A stretch of 64,000 nt of DNA from Flavobacteriaceae bacterium (GCA_947453195.1 CANGFO010000004.1:69672-133671), one strand, 5' to 3'. Shown: positions 28,651 to 39,023, counted from the stretch's first letter. Notes: generated by a model not told the origin, from the letters alone. Made by a program: numbers and translations.

Positions 28651-29169
28651 CTACAAATAATCTAATTTTTCTAGTGTTATTTGAAATTCGATGGTATTGA
28701 ACCATTTTTGCTCTATTGTTTTATGGTGTACGTCCACTACTCTACTTTTAAATCCAGCAGTAATTCCATTTTCATTCATAAAAAGTACGGCCTGTTGAAA
28801 CGAAGAAAACATACTTTTATAAAATGCCTCTTGTTTTATTTCTTTTTCAGAAGAATACGTTTGTGCAATTTCTATGGTATACAACATCAAATCGGCTATT
28901 AAATGAGTATCCATGCCCAGTGACATGAAATGTTTAATATACTTTTGCGCAACCGATCGACGCATTTTTGCTCTTTTTCCTTTTATTGGATAGAATTCAT
29001 TAGTTATTTTGAGCTTGGCTTCTTTGATTAATTTATTCTCATTTGGATTAAAAGCAAAGTCATAATACACCTTAACTTCCTTGAATTTATCATACAAATC
29101 CATGATATGTTCTTCAAGTTGTACCTTATTTAAGTCTGTTAAATACTTTTTTAGATCTCGTTTGCTCAT
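28651..29169 (-). CDS. Conserved hypothetical protein (DUF6155-like)
   Basis: MSKRDLKKYL..LYDKF..VKVYYDF pattern. Confidence 0.7.
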   Translation of the reverse strand: MSKRDLKKYLTDLNKVQLEEHIMDLYDKFKEVKVYYDFAFNPNENKLIKEAKLKITNEFYPIKGKRAKMRRSVAQKYIKHFMSLGMDTHLIADLMLYTIEIAQTYSSEKEIKQEAFYKSMFSSFQQAVLFMNENGITAGFKSRVVDVHHKTIEQKWFNTIEFQITLEKLDYL

Positions 29170-29188
29170 AATAAATACTAAATTATTG

Positions 29189-29239
29189 CAAAAGTAACCT
29201 AGTTTCTTGTTTTATATCTATTGTTATTACTTAATTTTG
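29189..29239. promoter_or_regulatory. Divergent -7 promoter elements
   Basis: TACTTTTG on the minus strand at 29189-29196 and TAATTTTG on the plus strand at 29232-29239. Confidence 0.65.
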
Positions 29240-29258
29240 CAAACACAATTTAATAATT

Positions 29259-29543
29259 ATGATCAGGATTTTTAAAATTACAGCAATACTAGAGGGGTTT
29301 TCATATATTTTTTTATTAGCTAATATGATAGTCAATAAACATTCCAATCCCGAATTATATAAAACGTTATTATTTCCAATTGGAATGACGCATGGTGTAT
29401 TATTTATTGCCTATCTATATTTGACTTTTTATTTAAAAACTAAACAAAATTGGTCTTTTAAAGATACTGCTATTATTGTATTGGGGTCTTTAATTCCGTT
29501 TGGCGCTTTTTTTATCGAGAAAAAATATTTGAAAAATGCATAA
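29259..29543 (+). CDS. DUF3817-like membrane protein
   Basis: AILEGFSY, GMTHGVLF and SLIPFG. Confidence 0.8.
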   Translation: MIRIFKITAILEGFSYIFLLANMIVNKHSNPELYKTLLFPIGMTHGVLFIAYLYLTFYLKTKQNWSFKDTAIIVLGSLIPFGAFFIEKKYLKNA

Positions 29544-30786
29544 TTTTTTAGAAAAAATATTCGGTTGGTTGTATCCCTTACTTAGAAAGATTTCGCTTGG
29601 AGATCTAACTTCTGCATATATTAGTTTGGTAATTAACATATTTATTTTATGCGTAATAGCCTATGTGATTTATGTCATCTTTAGATTGGTGTTGGTTGCG
29701 CTTATGGCAATAATTGCAAGAAAAACCAAAACCCATTTTGACGACTTGTTAGTTTCAAATCAAACCGCTAAGTACATAGCACATTTAATTCCGTTTTTAT
29801 TTATATACAAATCGGTTCCAATCATACTCGAAAATTATGATTATTGGGAATCAATTTTTGGTAAAATGGTTGGCGTTTATATAGTTCTTTTATCGCTTTG
29901 GATTGTACGAAGTATATTAAAGGCTACGAGTGAATATATCAAAGAAAAGCCTAAGTTAAGTGATAAGCCTATAGATAGCTACATTCAGGTTATCATGATT
30001 ATTTTATGGATTTTTTGCATTGGAATCATTATCTCTAAAATTTTTGACATAAATCTAAATACATTATTTGGTGTACTTGGAGCCATTTCTGCTATTATTA
30101 TTTTAATTTTTAGAGACACCATTCTCGGTTTTGTAGCCAGTGTTCAGGTTTCATTAAATGATATGGTTCGCATAGGTGATTGGATTACGTTTGATAAATA
30201 TGGAGCTGATGGTGATGTTATTGAAATAAATTTGGCTACAGTTAAAGTTAGAAATTTTGACAATACCACTACAACTATTCCAACCTATAGTTTGATATCT
30301 GATTCTTTTAGAAACTGGCGTGGTATGTTGAAGTCGGATGGACGACGAATTAAAAGGCATATTTTGGTAAAAGCGAAAAGCATTCGTTTTCTTTCCGAAT
30401 CAGAATTGATAAAATTGAAAAGAATTCAACTCATATCACATTATATTGATACTAGACAAATTGAAATTAACAAATTTAATAGTGCTAATAATGTAGATAA
30501 ATCATTAGCAATTAATGGGCGAAATATCACTAATTTCGGATTGTATAGAAAATACATAACCTCATATTTAGAAAATTACCCTGGAATAAATAAAGATATG
30601 ATTTTGCTTTGCCGACAATTACAACCTACTTCGCAGGGAATACCACTAGAGATTTATGCATTTTCTAAAGATCAAAGATTTGAGCAATACGAGCACATCA
30701 TGGCTGATATTTTTGATCACATCATTGCCTCAATTGCTTACTTCGATTTAGAGTTATTTGAAATAACTTCTGATAAATTAAAATAG
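29536..30786 (+). CDS. Small-conductance mechanosensitive channel (MscS/YbdG-like)
   Basis: DMVRIGDWI, GDVIEINLATVKVRNFD, FRNWRGM and GIPLEIYAF. Confidence 0.92.
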   Translation: MHNFLEKIFGWLYPLLRKISLGDLTSAYISLVINIFILCVIAYVIYVIFRLVLVALMAIIARKTKTHFDDLLVSNQTAKYIAHLIPFLFIYKSVPIILENYDYWESIFGKMVGVYIVLLSLWIVRSILKATSEYIKEKPKLSDKPIDSYIQVIMIILWIFCIGIIISKIFDINLNTLFGVLGAISAIIILIFRDTILGFVASVQVSLNDMVRIGDWITFDKYGADGDVIEINLATVKVRNFDNTTTTIPTYSLISDSFRNWRGMLKSDGRRIKRHILVKAKSIRFLSESELIKLKRIQLISHYIDTRQIEINKFNSANNVDKSLAINGRNITNFGLYRKYITSYLENYPGINKDMILLCRQLQPTSQGIPLEIYAFSKDQRFEQYEHIMADIFDHIIASIAYFDLELFEITSDKLK

Positions 30787-31176
30787 ATTGTTTTTTAAAC
30801 GATCTTCTACAAATTCTATTTTGGTTTTTCCGTGAGCTTGAGGTTTTCCATCAAGGCCTACGCTTACCATTGTTATTTGGTCTATTGTGATAATTGTTTC
30901 TTTGGTCATCATGTTTCTAACTTCACAAGTTAGTGTTAATGAAGTGGTTCCGAATTTTATTACATCAATACCAATTTCAACAATATCACCTTGTTTTGCT
31001 GAGCTTCTAAAGTTTATTTCAGACATGTGCTTGGTAACAATTCTAGGGCTTTCCAATTGAATAATTGCATAAAGTGCTATTTCTTCATCAATCCAAGCCA
31101 AAAGTCGTCCACCAAACAAAGTACTGTTTGGATTTAAATCTTCGGGTTTTACCCATTTTCTGGTATGAAATCTCAT
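30778..31176 (-). CDS. Acyl-CoA thioesterase (hotdog fold, YciA-like)
   Basis: DLNPNSTLFGGRLLAWIDE. Confidence 0.9.
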   Translation of the reverse strand: MRFHTRKWVKPEDLNPNSTLFGGRLLAWIDEEIALYAIIQLESPRIVTKHMSEINFRSSAKQGDIVEIGIDVIKFGTTSLTLTCEVRNMMTKETIITIDQITMVSVGLDGKPQAHGKTKIEFVEDRLKNNLF

Positions 31177-31198
31177 AATTGTAAGTATTAATTGTTAA

Positions 31199-31296
31199 CA
31201 AAGCTAGTTGTTTTTTGAATTCTACTGCTTTTTTTGAATGAAAAATAAAATTATTTTTATAAGCATTTAATTTTTTACAGTAAAATCGTATATTTG
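31199..31296. promoter_or_regulatory. Divergent -7 promoter elements (thioesterase / OmpA)
   Basis: TAGCTTTG on the minus strand at 31199-31206 and TATATTTG on the plus strand at 31289-31296. Confidence 0.65.
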
Positions 31297-31330
31297 TATA
31301 ATATTATATACTTTAATACTTAATAACATT

Positions 31331-32665
31331 ATGAAAAAGGTTACCTTATTATCTTTATTCTTATTTTCTGGATTAGCCAGCTTAGCTCAAGAAAACAAAG
31401 TTCAAAAAGATACATCCTCAACAATCAATAAATATACGATTGAATTAACAACGGGTCAATCAAAGGGTGTGAATCCTTATACAGATGGTTACTTTTCAAG
31501 TTCTGACAACAAGGTATTGGGAACGATTGTGATTAACTCATTTAACTTAGGTGTAAGATACATGATTAATCCTGTTTTTGGTATTAAAACCGATTTAGGT
31601 TATGTAAATTTAAAAAATAATCCTGGTACTACCAGTTTACCTTTCGAAATGAAAGTGTATTCGTTGGGAGTTCAAGGAGTAATTAATGCTAATAGACTAT
31701 TAGGAATAGAAAAACAATTTGGAAGATTTGGAATGTTACTTCATGGTGGTTTTCAACTTTCTCAGATGACTCCAAATACTGCTAATGAGGTTAACCCATT
31801 AAATTCAGCTGATATTATTCGCTACCATAATGCAGGACTAAAAGAATATAATGTAGGATTGGTATATGGTTTTTCTCCTCAGTTTAGAGTAAGTAATAGA
31901 ATTGCATTAATTTCAGATGTTTCTGTAGTTAATAGCTATAGACAACACTTTGCTTGGGATGGAGCTTATTCAGATTCGAAAAACAATTTATCAGGACAAT
32001 TAATTTCTATGTCTTTAGGTTTGACTTATTCATTAGGAAAAGACAAAATGCACGGAGACTGGGCTGTGGTTAAAGATAAATACACTAAACAAATTGAGAA
32101 GTTACAAAAACAAGTTAAAGATATTGAAACTTCAATGAGTGACATGGATAAAGATGGTGTTGCAGATTATTTAGATCAAGAAAACAATTCTGTAGCCGGT
32201 GTTGCTGTTGATACTAAAGGAAGAATGGTAGATCTTAACAAAAATGGTGTGCCAGATGAATTAGAAAGATATATTGAGCAAAATCAAAAAGACTTCTCTA
32301 AAATTCATACTGCAAATACAGTAATGCAATTGGTAAATGAAGGCTATATTGCTGCTTTCTTTGAAACTAATAAAGTGGATCCTACTGATATTTCTTCTCC
32401 TGGAATTGATTTCATTAGAACCTACTTAAAAAACAACCCTAAATCTTCTATTGAAATATTAGGTCATGCGGATGAAATTGGAAGTAGTGAAAGTAATGTT
32501 ACATTAGCTAAAGCTCGTGCAGAAGCAGTAAAAGCGATACTCGTTAAAGCTGGTATTGAAGAATCTAGACTTCAAGTAGTTTCTAAAGGTGAAGATACTT
32601 CTGTTCAAGCTGATTCTGAAGGTGCTAGAAAATTAGTAAGAAAAGTTACATTCAAAATAAAATAA
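31331..32665 (+). CDS. OmpA family protein (beta-barrel + TSP3-like repeats + peptidoglycan-binding domain)
   Basis: Signal peptide; DMDKDGVADYLD and DLNKNGVPDELE; GHADEIG..N..LAKARAEAVK; RKVTF. Confidence 0.92.
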   Translation: MKKVTLLSLFLFSGLASLAQENKVQKDTSSTINKYTIELTTGQSKGVNPYTDGYFSSSDNKVLGTIVINSFNLGVRYMINPVFGIKTDLGYVNLKNNPGTTSLPFEMKVYSLGVQGVINANRLLGIEKQFGRFGMLLHGGFQLSQMTPNTANEVNPLNSADIIRYHNAGLKEYNVGLVYGFSPQFRVSNRIALISDVSVVNSYRQHFAWDGAYSDSKNNLSGQLISMSLGLTYSLGKDKMHGDWAVVKDKYTKQIEKLQKQVKDIETSMSDMDKDGVADYLDQENNSVAGVAVDTKGRMVDLNKNGVPDELERYIEQNQKDFSKIHTANTVMQLVNEGYIAAFFETNKVDPTDISSPGIDFIRTYLKNNPKSSIEILGHADEIGSSESNVTLAKARAEAVKAILVKAGIEESRLQVVSKGEDTSVQADSEGARKLVRKVTFKIK

Positions 32666-32688
32666 TAGTTTTAAATTTGATATTAATT

Positions 32689-32718
32689 AAAACCTCTGTT
32701 TTACAGAGGTTTTTTTTT
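32689..32718 (+). terminator. Rho-independent terminator after ompA
   Basis: aaaacctctgt-ttt-acagaggtttttttt. Confidence 0.85.
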
Positions 32719-32727
32719 ACAAAAAAA

Positions 32728-33132
32728 ATGATGACAGAAAGAGATACATTACTATCAAAAATAAAGATTGAAAAATTAGGGGAAATAAATGCAACCTCTT
32801 CATCTGAAGAGAAATTTCAAAATTGTTCTCTCCGCCCTATCTTGAAATTACAAAACGACTTACTACTACAATTCTTTATTTCTTACGCAATCAAAAACAA
32901 AAAGGTGTTTTTTTATTTATCCCAAGAAAATAAATTTAAGTACATAGAAAATTCGGTACAATCAGACAACGTATTTAGAAACCAATTAATTGGATTAATT
33001 ATAGGTTTATTTAGTATGAGCGAATATAAAGAATACGCAAAAAACCCTTCCAATTTAAATAAGCGAATTCTGAATTTACTTATTGAAAGATGGAAGAGTC
33101 AGTTGCATCTATTAGAAAATAATCTTTTCTAA
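32728..33132 (+). CDS. Conserved Flavobacteriaceae hypothetical protein (often mislabelled 'glyoxalase')
   Basis: EEKFQNCSLRPILKLQNDLL pattern. Start moved to ATG 32728 because the TTG extension runs through the terminator. Confidence 0.7.
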   Translation: MMTERDTLLSKIKIEKLGEINATSSSEEKFQNCSLRPILKLQNDLLLQFFISYAIKNKKVFFYLSQENKFKYIENSVQSDNVFRNQLIGLIIGLFSMSEYKEYAKNPSNLNKRILNLLIERWKSQLHLLENNLF

Positions 33133-33143
33133 ATAAAGTAAAA

Positions 33144-33635
33144 TTAATCTTCTTTGTGCTCTTCGTTGATAGTATTAGATGCTGCTTTTGTAGTTTCATT
33201 TCTAATTTCTGTATGTCGAATTTCACCACCAGAAGTACCGGTTTTCTGCGCTAAAAAAATACCTACTGAAGCAAGTACTATAGCAAAGTAGATTAACAAT
33301 TTGGATTTTGTATTATTTTTAAAATTCAAATAGATTCCTGCAGCAGAAACTGCTCCTAATAAATATAAAAGTAAAGCAAATTTTTCTGCAATTTCTTCAT
33401 GTTCATGGATTATTCCTTTTCCAATTGTTGGCAGGTCCTCTACCATTTCTTCTGCACCTTCACCGGTAGCCATACTACCTGCAGCAAATAGCGCGGCGAC
33501 AACAAATAGACCATAAGCAGTATTTATTATACTTTTATTCTTTAAAACAATTCCAAAAAGCAGTATTCCTAAGCCTAAAACAATTCCAATTATTGGAAAG
33601 TGGTTTACCACCATATGTAAATGTGCATCGTTCAT
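33144..33635 (-). CDS. DUF2231-like membrane protein (His-rich, possibly haem- or metal-binding)
   Basis: HLHMVVNHFPI, TGEGAEE, HEHEE and GGEIRH. Confidence 0.7.
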   Translation of the reverse strand: MNDAHLHMVVNHFPIIGIVLGLGILLFGIVLKNKSIINTAYGLFVVAALFAAGSMATGEGAEEMVEDLPTIGKGIIHEHEEIAEKFALLLYLLGAVSAAGIYLNFKNNTKSKLLIYFAIVLASVGIFLAQKTGTSGGEIRHTEIRNETTKAASNTINEEHKED

Positions 33636-33674
33636 GATTTTAATTTATTAAATTAGTACTATTTTATTTTTCTT

Positions 33675-35054
33675 TTATATGATTAATGTTACTTCTGTTC
33701 CTTGATTCTCTTCACTAGTTAAAACTAATTCTACGTTTAGTACATCACATAATCTTTTAGCAATTGAGAGTCCTAGTCCTATTCCATCTATTTCAGGGTG
33801 ATTCACTGTATAATTAGTTTTGTAAAATGCATTAAATACTTTTTCAACTTCCTCTTTTGCAATACCAATGCCATGGTCAATAATTTTTAATGAGGTATTA
33901 GAGTCTTTAGAATCTATAGTGATTGAAATTGTATCATTTAGTTTTGAATATTTTACAGCATTAGAAATTAGGTTGTTTATTACTATAGTTAGTAAATATT
34001 TATCCGTATTTACATAATTTGCTGGAATACTATCAAATGAAATTTTTACTTTTTGTTTTTGCAATTCTTCAGAAAAATGGTTTATAACTTCATTTACAAT
34101 TTCATTTAAATTTAGATTCTCAATTCTAAGAAATTGCTTTTGATTTTCTAATCGAGCTAAAATCAATAATTGATCCACTAATTTATTCATCCTATCAACT
34201 TCTGAAATGCATAAATTTATTTTTTGTTGGTATTCTTCCGTGTTTCTTGGTTTTCGTATTAATACTTCCAAAGTACCTTTAATAACTGCTAATGGAGTTC
34301 TTAACTCATGAGAAGCATCCGATGTAAACTGTTTTTCTCTTTCAATAGTATTGGCTATTCGATCTAATAAATTATTTATAGTGTTGGATAGTACAAATAA
34401 TTCATCTTTATATTTTGGAAGAGGTATTCTAGTTGCTATATTATTTTTGTTAATTGTTTCAGATATCGCAATGATTTTATTAATGGGCTTAATACTTTTT
34501 CCTGCAATAAATTGGGATACAAAAAACAAAGTAATTAAAACTAGTGGAAATAATACAAAAAGAATATTGATAAGACTATTTAATATATCTATTTCTTCTT
34601 TGGTAGATAAGGCAACCATTAAATATCCCTGAATTTTATTATGAAAAAATAAAGGAACTTGAATTTGTCGAATATCTTTACCTAAAACTACTAAATTAGT
34701 AATTTTCTGTATTTGAATATTTTTTTCAAATAACAAATTTTGAGATCTTAAATTTCTAGATTTCTGAATTACGTTCCCATTAATGTCTGTAACTTGTAAG
34801 AAAACAGGATCAATAAAAACTTCGTTGTGTTCTCTTTGCTCCCATTCCTCATGTTCATTAATTTCAAGTTCTTCTTCATTATAACTTAATTTTTGTTGAT
34901 ATTCTTCAACTTCTTTAACAAGTTGATCATTAATATTTTTATCAATGGATAGGGAAACAATATTATAAATAGAAAAAAATACTACAAAAATTAATATTGC
35001 AGCAGATATTATATAATAAAAGGAAATTCTGTTTTTAAGAGATAAATTAATCAT
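33675..35054 (-). CDS. Sensor histidine kinase (2 TM, HAMP, HisKA, HATPase)
   Basis: FTSDASHELRTPL, NLISNAVKYS, DHGIG and GIGLGLSI. Confidence 0.93.
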   Translation of the reverse strand: MINLSLKNRISFYYIISAAILIFVVFFSIYNIVSLSIDKNINDQLVKEVEEYQQKLSYNEEELEINEHEEWEQREHNEVFIDPVFLQVTDINGNVIQKSRNLRSQNLLFEKNIQIQKITNLVVLGKDIRQIQVPLFFHNKIQGYLMVALSTKEEIDILNSLINILFVLFPLVLITLFFVSQFIAGKSIKPINKIIAISETINKNNIATRIPLPKYKDELFVLSNTINNLLDRIANTIEREKQFTSDASHELRTPLAVIKGTLEVLIRKPRNTEEYQQKINLCISEVDRMNKLVDQLLILARLENQKQFLRIENLNLNEIVNEVINHFSEELQKQKVKISFDSIPANYVNTDKYLLTIVINNLISNAVKYSKLNDTISITIDSKDSNTSLKIIDHGIGIAKEEVEKVFNAFYKTNYTVNHPEIDGIGLGLSIAKRLCDVLNVELVLTSEENQGTEVTLII

Positions 35055-35056
35055 AT

Positions 35057-35725
35057 TTAATTGTCATTAGCAATATAACCAACTCCTCTAATTGTTTTTA
35101 CAATATCATTATCCTTATTGATATTTAGTTTTTTTCGAATGGAATTCATAAAAACATCAATTACTCCAGTATCATAGTCAAAATGAATATTCCATACATT
35201 TTCAATAATTTCAGATCGAGAACAAACTCTACCTTTATTATGAACTAAATATAGCAACAATTCAAACTCTCTTTGTGTAAGGGTTATAATAATACCATCA
35301 CTAGTTACAATATGTTTCTTAGTATTAATTATTATATTACCTAAAGATAATACTTCATTTAAAGTACTTTTTCTAAAATGGACTTTAATTCGCTCTAAAA
35401 GTTCTTCAAAGCTAAATGGCTTTTTAATATAATCATTTGCTCCAGCTTGAAATCCTTCAATTGTCTCTTGAATTGTATCTTTTGCAGTTAAAAACAATAT
35501 CGGAATTTGAGTATTTTTTTCTCTAATTTTTTTACAAACTTCAATTCCTGGTAATTTGGGTAACATCCAATCCAGTAAGATTAAATCTATCTTATGATTT
35601 AGTGCAAATTCTAGTCCTAACAACCCATTATTTGCAACTTCAATAGTATAACCCTCTTCTTCTAACCCTTGAGTTAAAAAATTTGAAATTCCTATTTCAT
35701 CTTCAATAATTAATATTTTTGCCAT
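35057..35725 (-). CDS. OmpR-family response regulator
   Basis: IEDE, LDWMLP, KPF; winged helix LTQREFELL..KTIRGVGY. Confidence 0.93.
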   Translation of the reverse strand: MAKILIIEDEIGISNFLTQGLEEEGYTIEVANNGLLGLEFALNHKIDLILLDWMLPKLPGIEVCKKIREKNTQIPILFLTAKDTIQETIEGFQAGANDYIKKPFSFEELLERIKVHFRKSTLNEVLSLGNIIINTKKHIVTSDGIIITLTQREFELLLYLVHNKGRVCSRSEIIENVWNIHFDYDTGVIDVFMNSIRKKLNINKDNDIVKTIRGVGYIANDN

Positions 35726-35728
35726 TAT

Positions 35729-37159
35729 TTACAACACAAATTTAAAGTTAAAGGTAATAATATTTGCATTTAAACCATCACTTCTTTGGTAATAATTATA
35801 GCGTAAATCAATATTTTTTAAACCAAATCCAAAGATTTTAAAATTGGTAAAAATATCTAGATAGGTTGCTCCCACCCCATATTGATTACTATTGAATTTA
35901 GACAAATCATAATCAGAAGTATAGAATGTTTCTGTAGATAAGTGCTGTTCAAAAGGTGCAAAATAGGTTGATGCATTTTGAATGTAATAGCGATACATTG
36001 GATACACAGTATATTTATCATTTATTTTAATTGGAAATTCAATATTTGCAGTATGTGCATTTATCCCCCAATCATCTGTATAAAAACGATAATACGTTCT
36101 AATTTTAAATTTTTCGTTTATGTAGTAATTTATTCGAATCCCTATAGGAAATTTTACTCGAGTGCTTGGTAATCGTTCAATGTCATCTGCCAATCGGTAT
36201 ACTCCAACATTATCAGAAGATTGATAATTTGATATATATTGCTTCTGACCAATATAATAATTTGGAACATCGGCAAAATACATTCGGTGATATGGAGTTG
36301 ACAATAACCCTTCTTGACGCAATAAATCAAAGAATATAGAGAATTGTAATATACGATTTACAATTTGAGAAAAACTAAATGAAACCGAATATGAATTTCT
36401 TTTTTCAATATCTAAAGTTTTAAATTTAACAGGCTTATATAAAATACTTCCTATGCCATTTTCATTTAAAATACTTACTCCAGATAAATATCCATTATAC
36501 TGAAATGTATTGCCATACTTAGCATATTCGTGTAATTCTGTAGGATATATTGGTCTCCATTTATCTAAATAAATATTAGTTTTTAAGCTAACCTCAGTAT
36601 TTTTTTTATTAAATAATTTGGTAATTCCTCCTCCAAAACCAAATGAAGTATAATCAAACTCATTGGATACAGAAACATCTGCATTCCAAATAAAGTTTCT
36701 GCTATCGCTACTGTGACTATAATTGCCACTAAGACTAATTAATTGGTCGGATGCCGATGCGCCAGATGAAGCTAACCAAGGAGTTCCAATGGGAGGCGAA
36801 TTGGTAGTGGTTGTATGACCAGATGCACCCGAACTTGTGCTGTTGCTAACAAAAGGATTAATATTACTAGATGAAGCAGATGTATATGCCGAAATCCCCG
36901 TATCAATTGTTAATATATCGTCCTCGTTCATTGGTACAGCAACGATAATATTGGTAGCAAAATCTGTTAGTTTTTCAGAGCCCATACCTCCTGAAACTGC
37001 CGAATGAATACCATCTTGCTTATAATAACTCATTAAAATATCAGCCTCGGTACTTTCTAATACTGCCTTTTTAAATTTAAATATTGTGTCTTTTGCTTTC
37101 TCTTGTGAAAATGAAAACAAAGTCAAAAATAGCATAGATAATAGTAAGAGATTTTTCAT
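35729..37159 (-). CDS. DUF3570-like outer-membrane beta-barrel protein
   Basis: Signal peptide from ATG 37159 (MKNLLLLSMLF); YYKQDG, SNEFDYTS, ERLPSTR, YRFYTDDWGI; two SGAS motifs. Confidence 0.8.
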   Translation of the reverse strand: MKNLLLLSMLFLTLFSFSQEKAKDTIFKFKKAVLESTEADILMSYYKQDGIHSAVSGGMGSEKLTDFATNIIVAVPMNEDDILTIDTGISAYTSASSSNINPFVSNSTSSGASGHTTTTNSPPIGTPWLASSGASASDQLISLSGNYSHSSDSRNFIWNADVSVSNEFDYTSFGFGGGITKLFNKKNTEVSLKTNIYLDKWRPIYPTELHEYAKYGNTFQYNGYLSGVSILNENGIGSILYKPVKFKTLDIEKRNSYSVSFSFSQIVNRILQFSIFFDLLRQEGLLSTPYHRMYFADVPNYYIGQKQYISNYQSSDNVGVYRLADDIERLPSTRVKFPIGIRINYYINEKFKIRTYYRFYTDDWGINAHTANIEFPIKINDKYTVYPMYRYYIQNASTYFAPFEQHLSTETFYTSDYDLSKFNSNQYGVGATYLDIFTNFKIFGFGLKNIDLRYNYYQRSDGLNANIITFNFKFVL

Positions 37160-37160
37160 A

Positions 37161-37370
37161 TTAATTACAACCACAGCCTCCTCCTGATTTTCCGCCATTA
37201 GCCCCTGCAGAAGCTTCTCTATAAACTTGAAAATTTACTTCATGTCGTTCTGATGTTCTAGCGCCCAGTTTCATTTCGGGATCATTAATTAATTCTTTTT
37301 CATACTCCTTTACACTTTCACAAGAAGTAAAATTTAAAACAATTATTAGTACTAAAAAACACTTATTCAT
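37161..37370 (-). CDS. DUF4266-like small lipoprotein
   Basis: Lipobox FTSC; C-terminal YREASAGANGGKSGGGCGCN. Confidence 0.85.
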   Translation of the reverse strand: MNKCFLVLIIVLNFTSCESVKEYEKELINDPEMKLGARTSERHEVNFQVYREASAGANGGKSGGGCGCN

Positions 37371-38352
37371 TTTTATATTTTTTTAAATCTATATTATCCG
37401 AAGTATACACTTTTCCTTTGTCATCAACCATAATACAACTAATGCCAGGCAACTTATTTACTAATTCCATTCCTTTTTCTTTGCCTAATACAAAAATCCC
37501 CGTAGCTAAAGCATCTGCAACTTCGGTAGTTTTTGCAAAAACCGAAACACTTACCAAACCTTGCGCAGGATAACCAGTTCTAGGATCAATAATATGTGAA
37601 TAACGAATGCCGTTAAAAACTACATATTTTTCATAACTTCCTGAAGTTTCAACAGCTGAATCTTCTAAAGGAAACATGGCGAAAATTTTGTTTTTATTCA
37701 TCGGATTTTTAATTCCGACTTTCCATTGCTTACCGTTTGGCTGTTTTCCCCAAGTACTTATATCTCCTGAAACATTAATAATTCCAGAAACTACTCCTTT
37801 TGATTTTAATAATTTAGTGACCATGTCGGCAATATAACCCTGCCCTATGCCTCCAAGACCTAATTTCATTCCAGGTGTTTTTAAGAATATCGTTCTATTT
37901 GATTTATCTAAAATAATGTTTTTGTATCCAATTTTTGAAACGGATTCTTTTATAGCAGAAGCAGATGGCATTACTTTCATTGAACCATCAAACTTCCATA
38001 TTTTATCCATTGATGCATAACTGATATCAAAAGCTCCATTTGTAATTTGAGAAATTTTTATTGAACGTTCAATTAAATCATATAACTCCTCCGAAACTTC
38101 TATAGGTTTAATACCAGCGTTTCTGTTTATTTCTGATATTGGAGTGGTTGGAATCCAATCGGAAATTAAATTTTCAATTCTTTTTACTTCAGCAACTCCT
38201 ATCTCAATATTTTCATTTATTTCAATGGTGTCTTTCCCCACTAAGGTAATTTCAAATGGGCTTCCAAGTAAACTTAGAACTCTTTTATGAATTACTTGAG
38301 AGTTAAGTGAATTCATGAAAAATAATAGAAATAAATAGCCTAACCTCTTCAT
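37363..38352 (-). CDS. apbE: FAD:protein FMN transferase
   Basis: LLGSPF, GAFDIS, LGGIGQGY, NVSGD, VETSGSYE, HIIDPRTG and ADALAT. Confidence 0.93.
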   Translation of the reverse strand: MKRLGYLFLLFFMNSLNSQVIHKRVLSLLGSPFEITLVGKDTIEINENIEIGVAEVKRIENLISDWIPTTPISEINRNAGIKPIEVSEELYDLIERSIKISQITNGAFDISYASMDKIWKFDGSMKVMPSASAIKESVSKIGYKNIILDKSNRTIFLKTPGMKLGLGGIGQGYIADMVTKLLKSKGVVSGIINVSGDISTWGKQPNGKQWKVGIKNPMNKNKIFAMFPLEDSAVETSGSYEKYVVFNGIRYSHIIDPRTGYPAQGLVSVSVFAKTTEVADALATGIFVLGKEKGMELVNKLPGISCIMVDDKGKVYTSDNIDLKKYKNE

Positions 38353-38796
38353 TTATTGTTTCTCTAAATCTTTAATTTTATCTAAATATTCATAACCATC
38401 CAAACTTAAATAACCTAATACCCCAAGTACTTTTTCCTCTTTATCTAAAAGCAATACATAAGGAAAATTCCCATCTTGATTGTACTTTTCAGCTAATGCC
38501 AAATTTTGTTTACGTAAATCTTCAGATAATTGGTTGGCTTTTTTCTTTGGGAAATCAGCTCTATACATTACATAGTTATCTTTAGCATATTTATTGAAAT
38601 CAGCAGATTGCCATACGTTCTTGTCCAGTTTAATACAAGGTCCACACCAATCAGAGCCCGAAAAAACAAGTAGTATTCTCCTGTTTTTTTCTTTAGCTTC
38701 TTGTTTCGCAGCTTCAAAACTCGATTTCCACTGTTGTGCATTTGAATTAATAAAAAACAGTAAAAATAACAGTAATGCAATTAATTTTATTTTCAT
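38353..38796 (-). CDS. Exported thioredoxin-family protein
   Basis: Signal peptide; FSGSDWCGPC; FP motif. Confidence 0.9.
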   Translation of the reverse strand: MKIKLIALLLFLLFFINSNAQQWKSSFEAAKQEAKEKNRRILLVFSGSDWCGPCIKLDKNVWQSADFNKYAKDNYVMYRADFPKKKANQLSEDLRKQNLALAEKYNQDGNFPYVLLLDKEEKVLGVLGYLSLDGYEYLDKIKDLEKQ

Positions 38797-38992
38797 AATT
38801 TGTACAAATATTTCATTTAAAAACGGGTTAAATAATTATAATGTAAACCTAAAGATAATAGTGTATTTATCTCTTAATTTAACGCTATTTTATTAGAATT
38901 TTAAGTCAATCTTAATCTATAGACTTCACTGTCTTAATTATTGAAGATTTCTCTTTTTTAAAAATAAAATGACCAATTTAAATTATGGATAT

Positions 38993-39023
38993 AAAAAAAC
39001 CGGACTTTGAATCCGGTTTTTTT
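38993..39023. terminator. Rho-independent terminator
   Basis: aaaaaaaccgga-ctttgaa-tccggttttttt. Confidence 0.8.
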
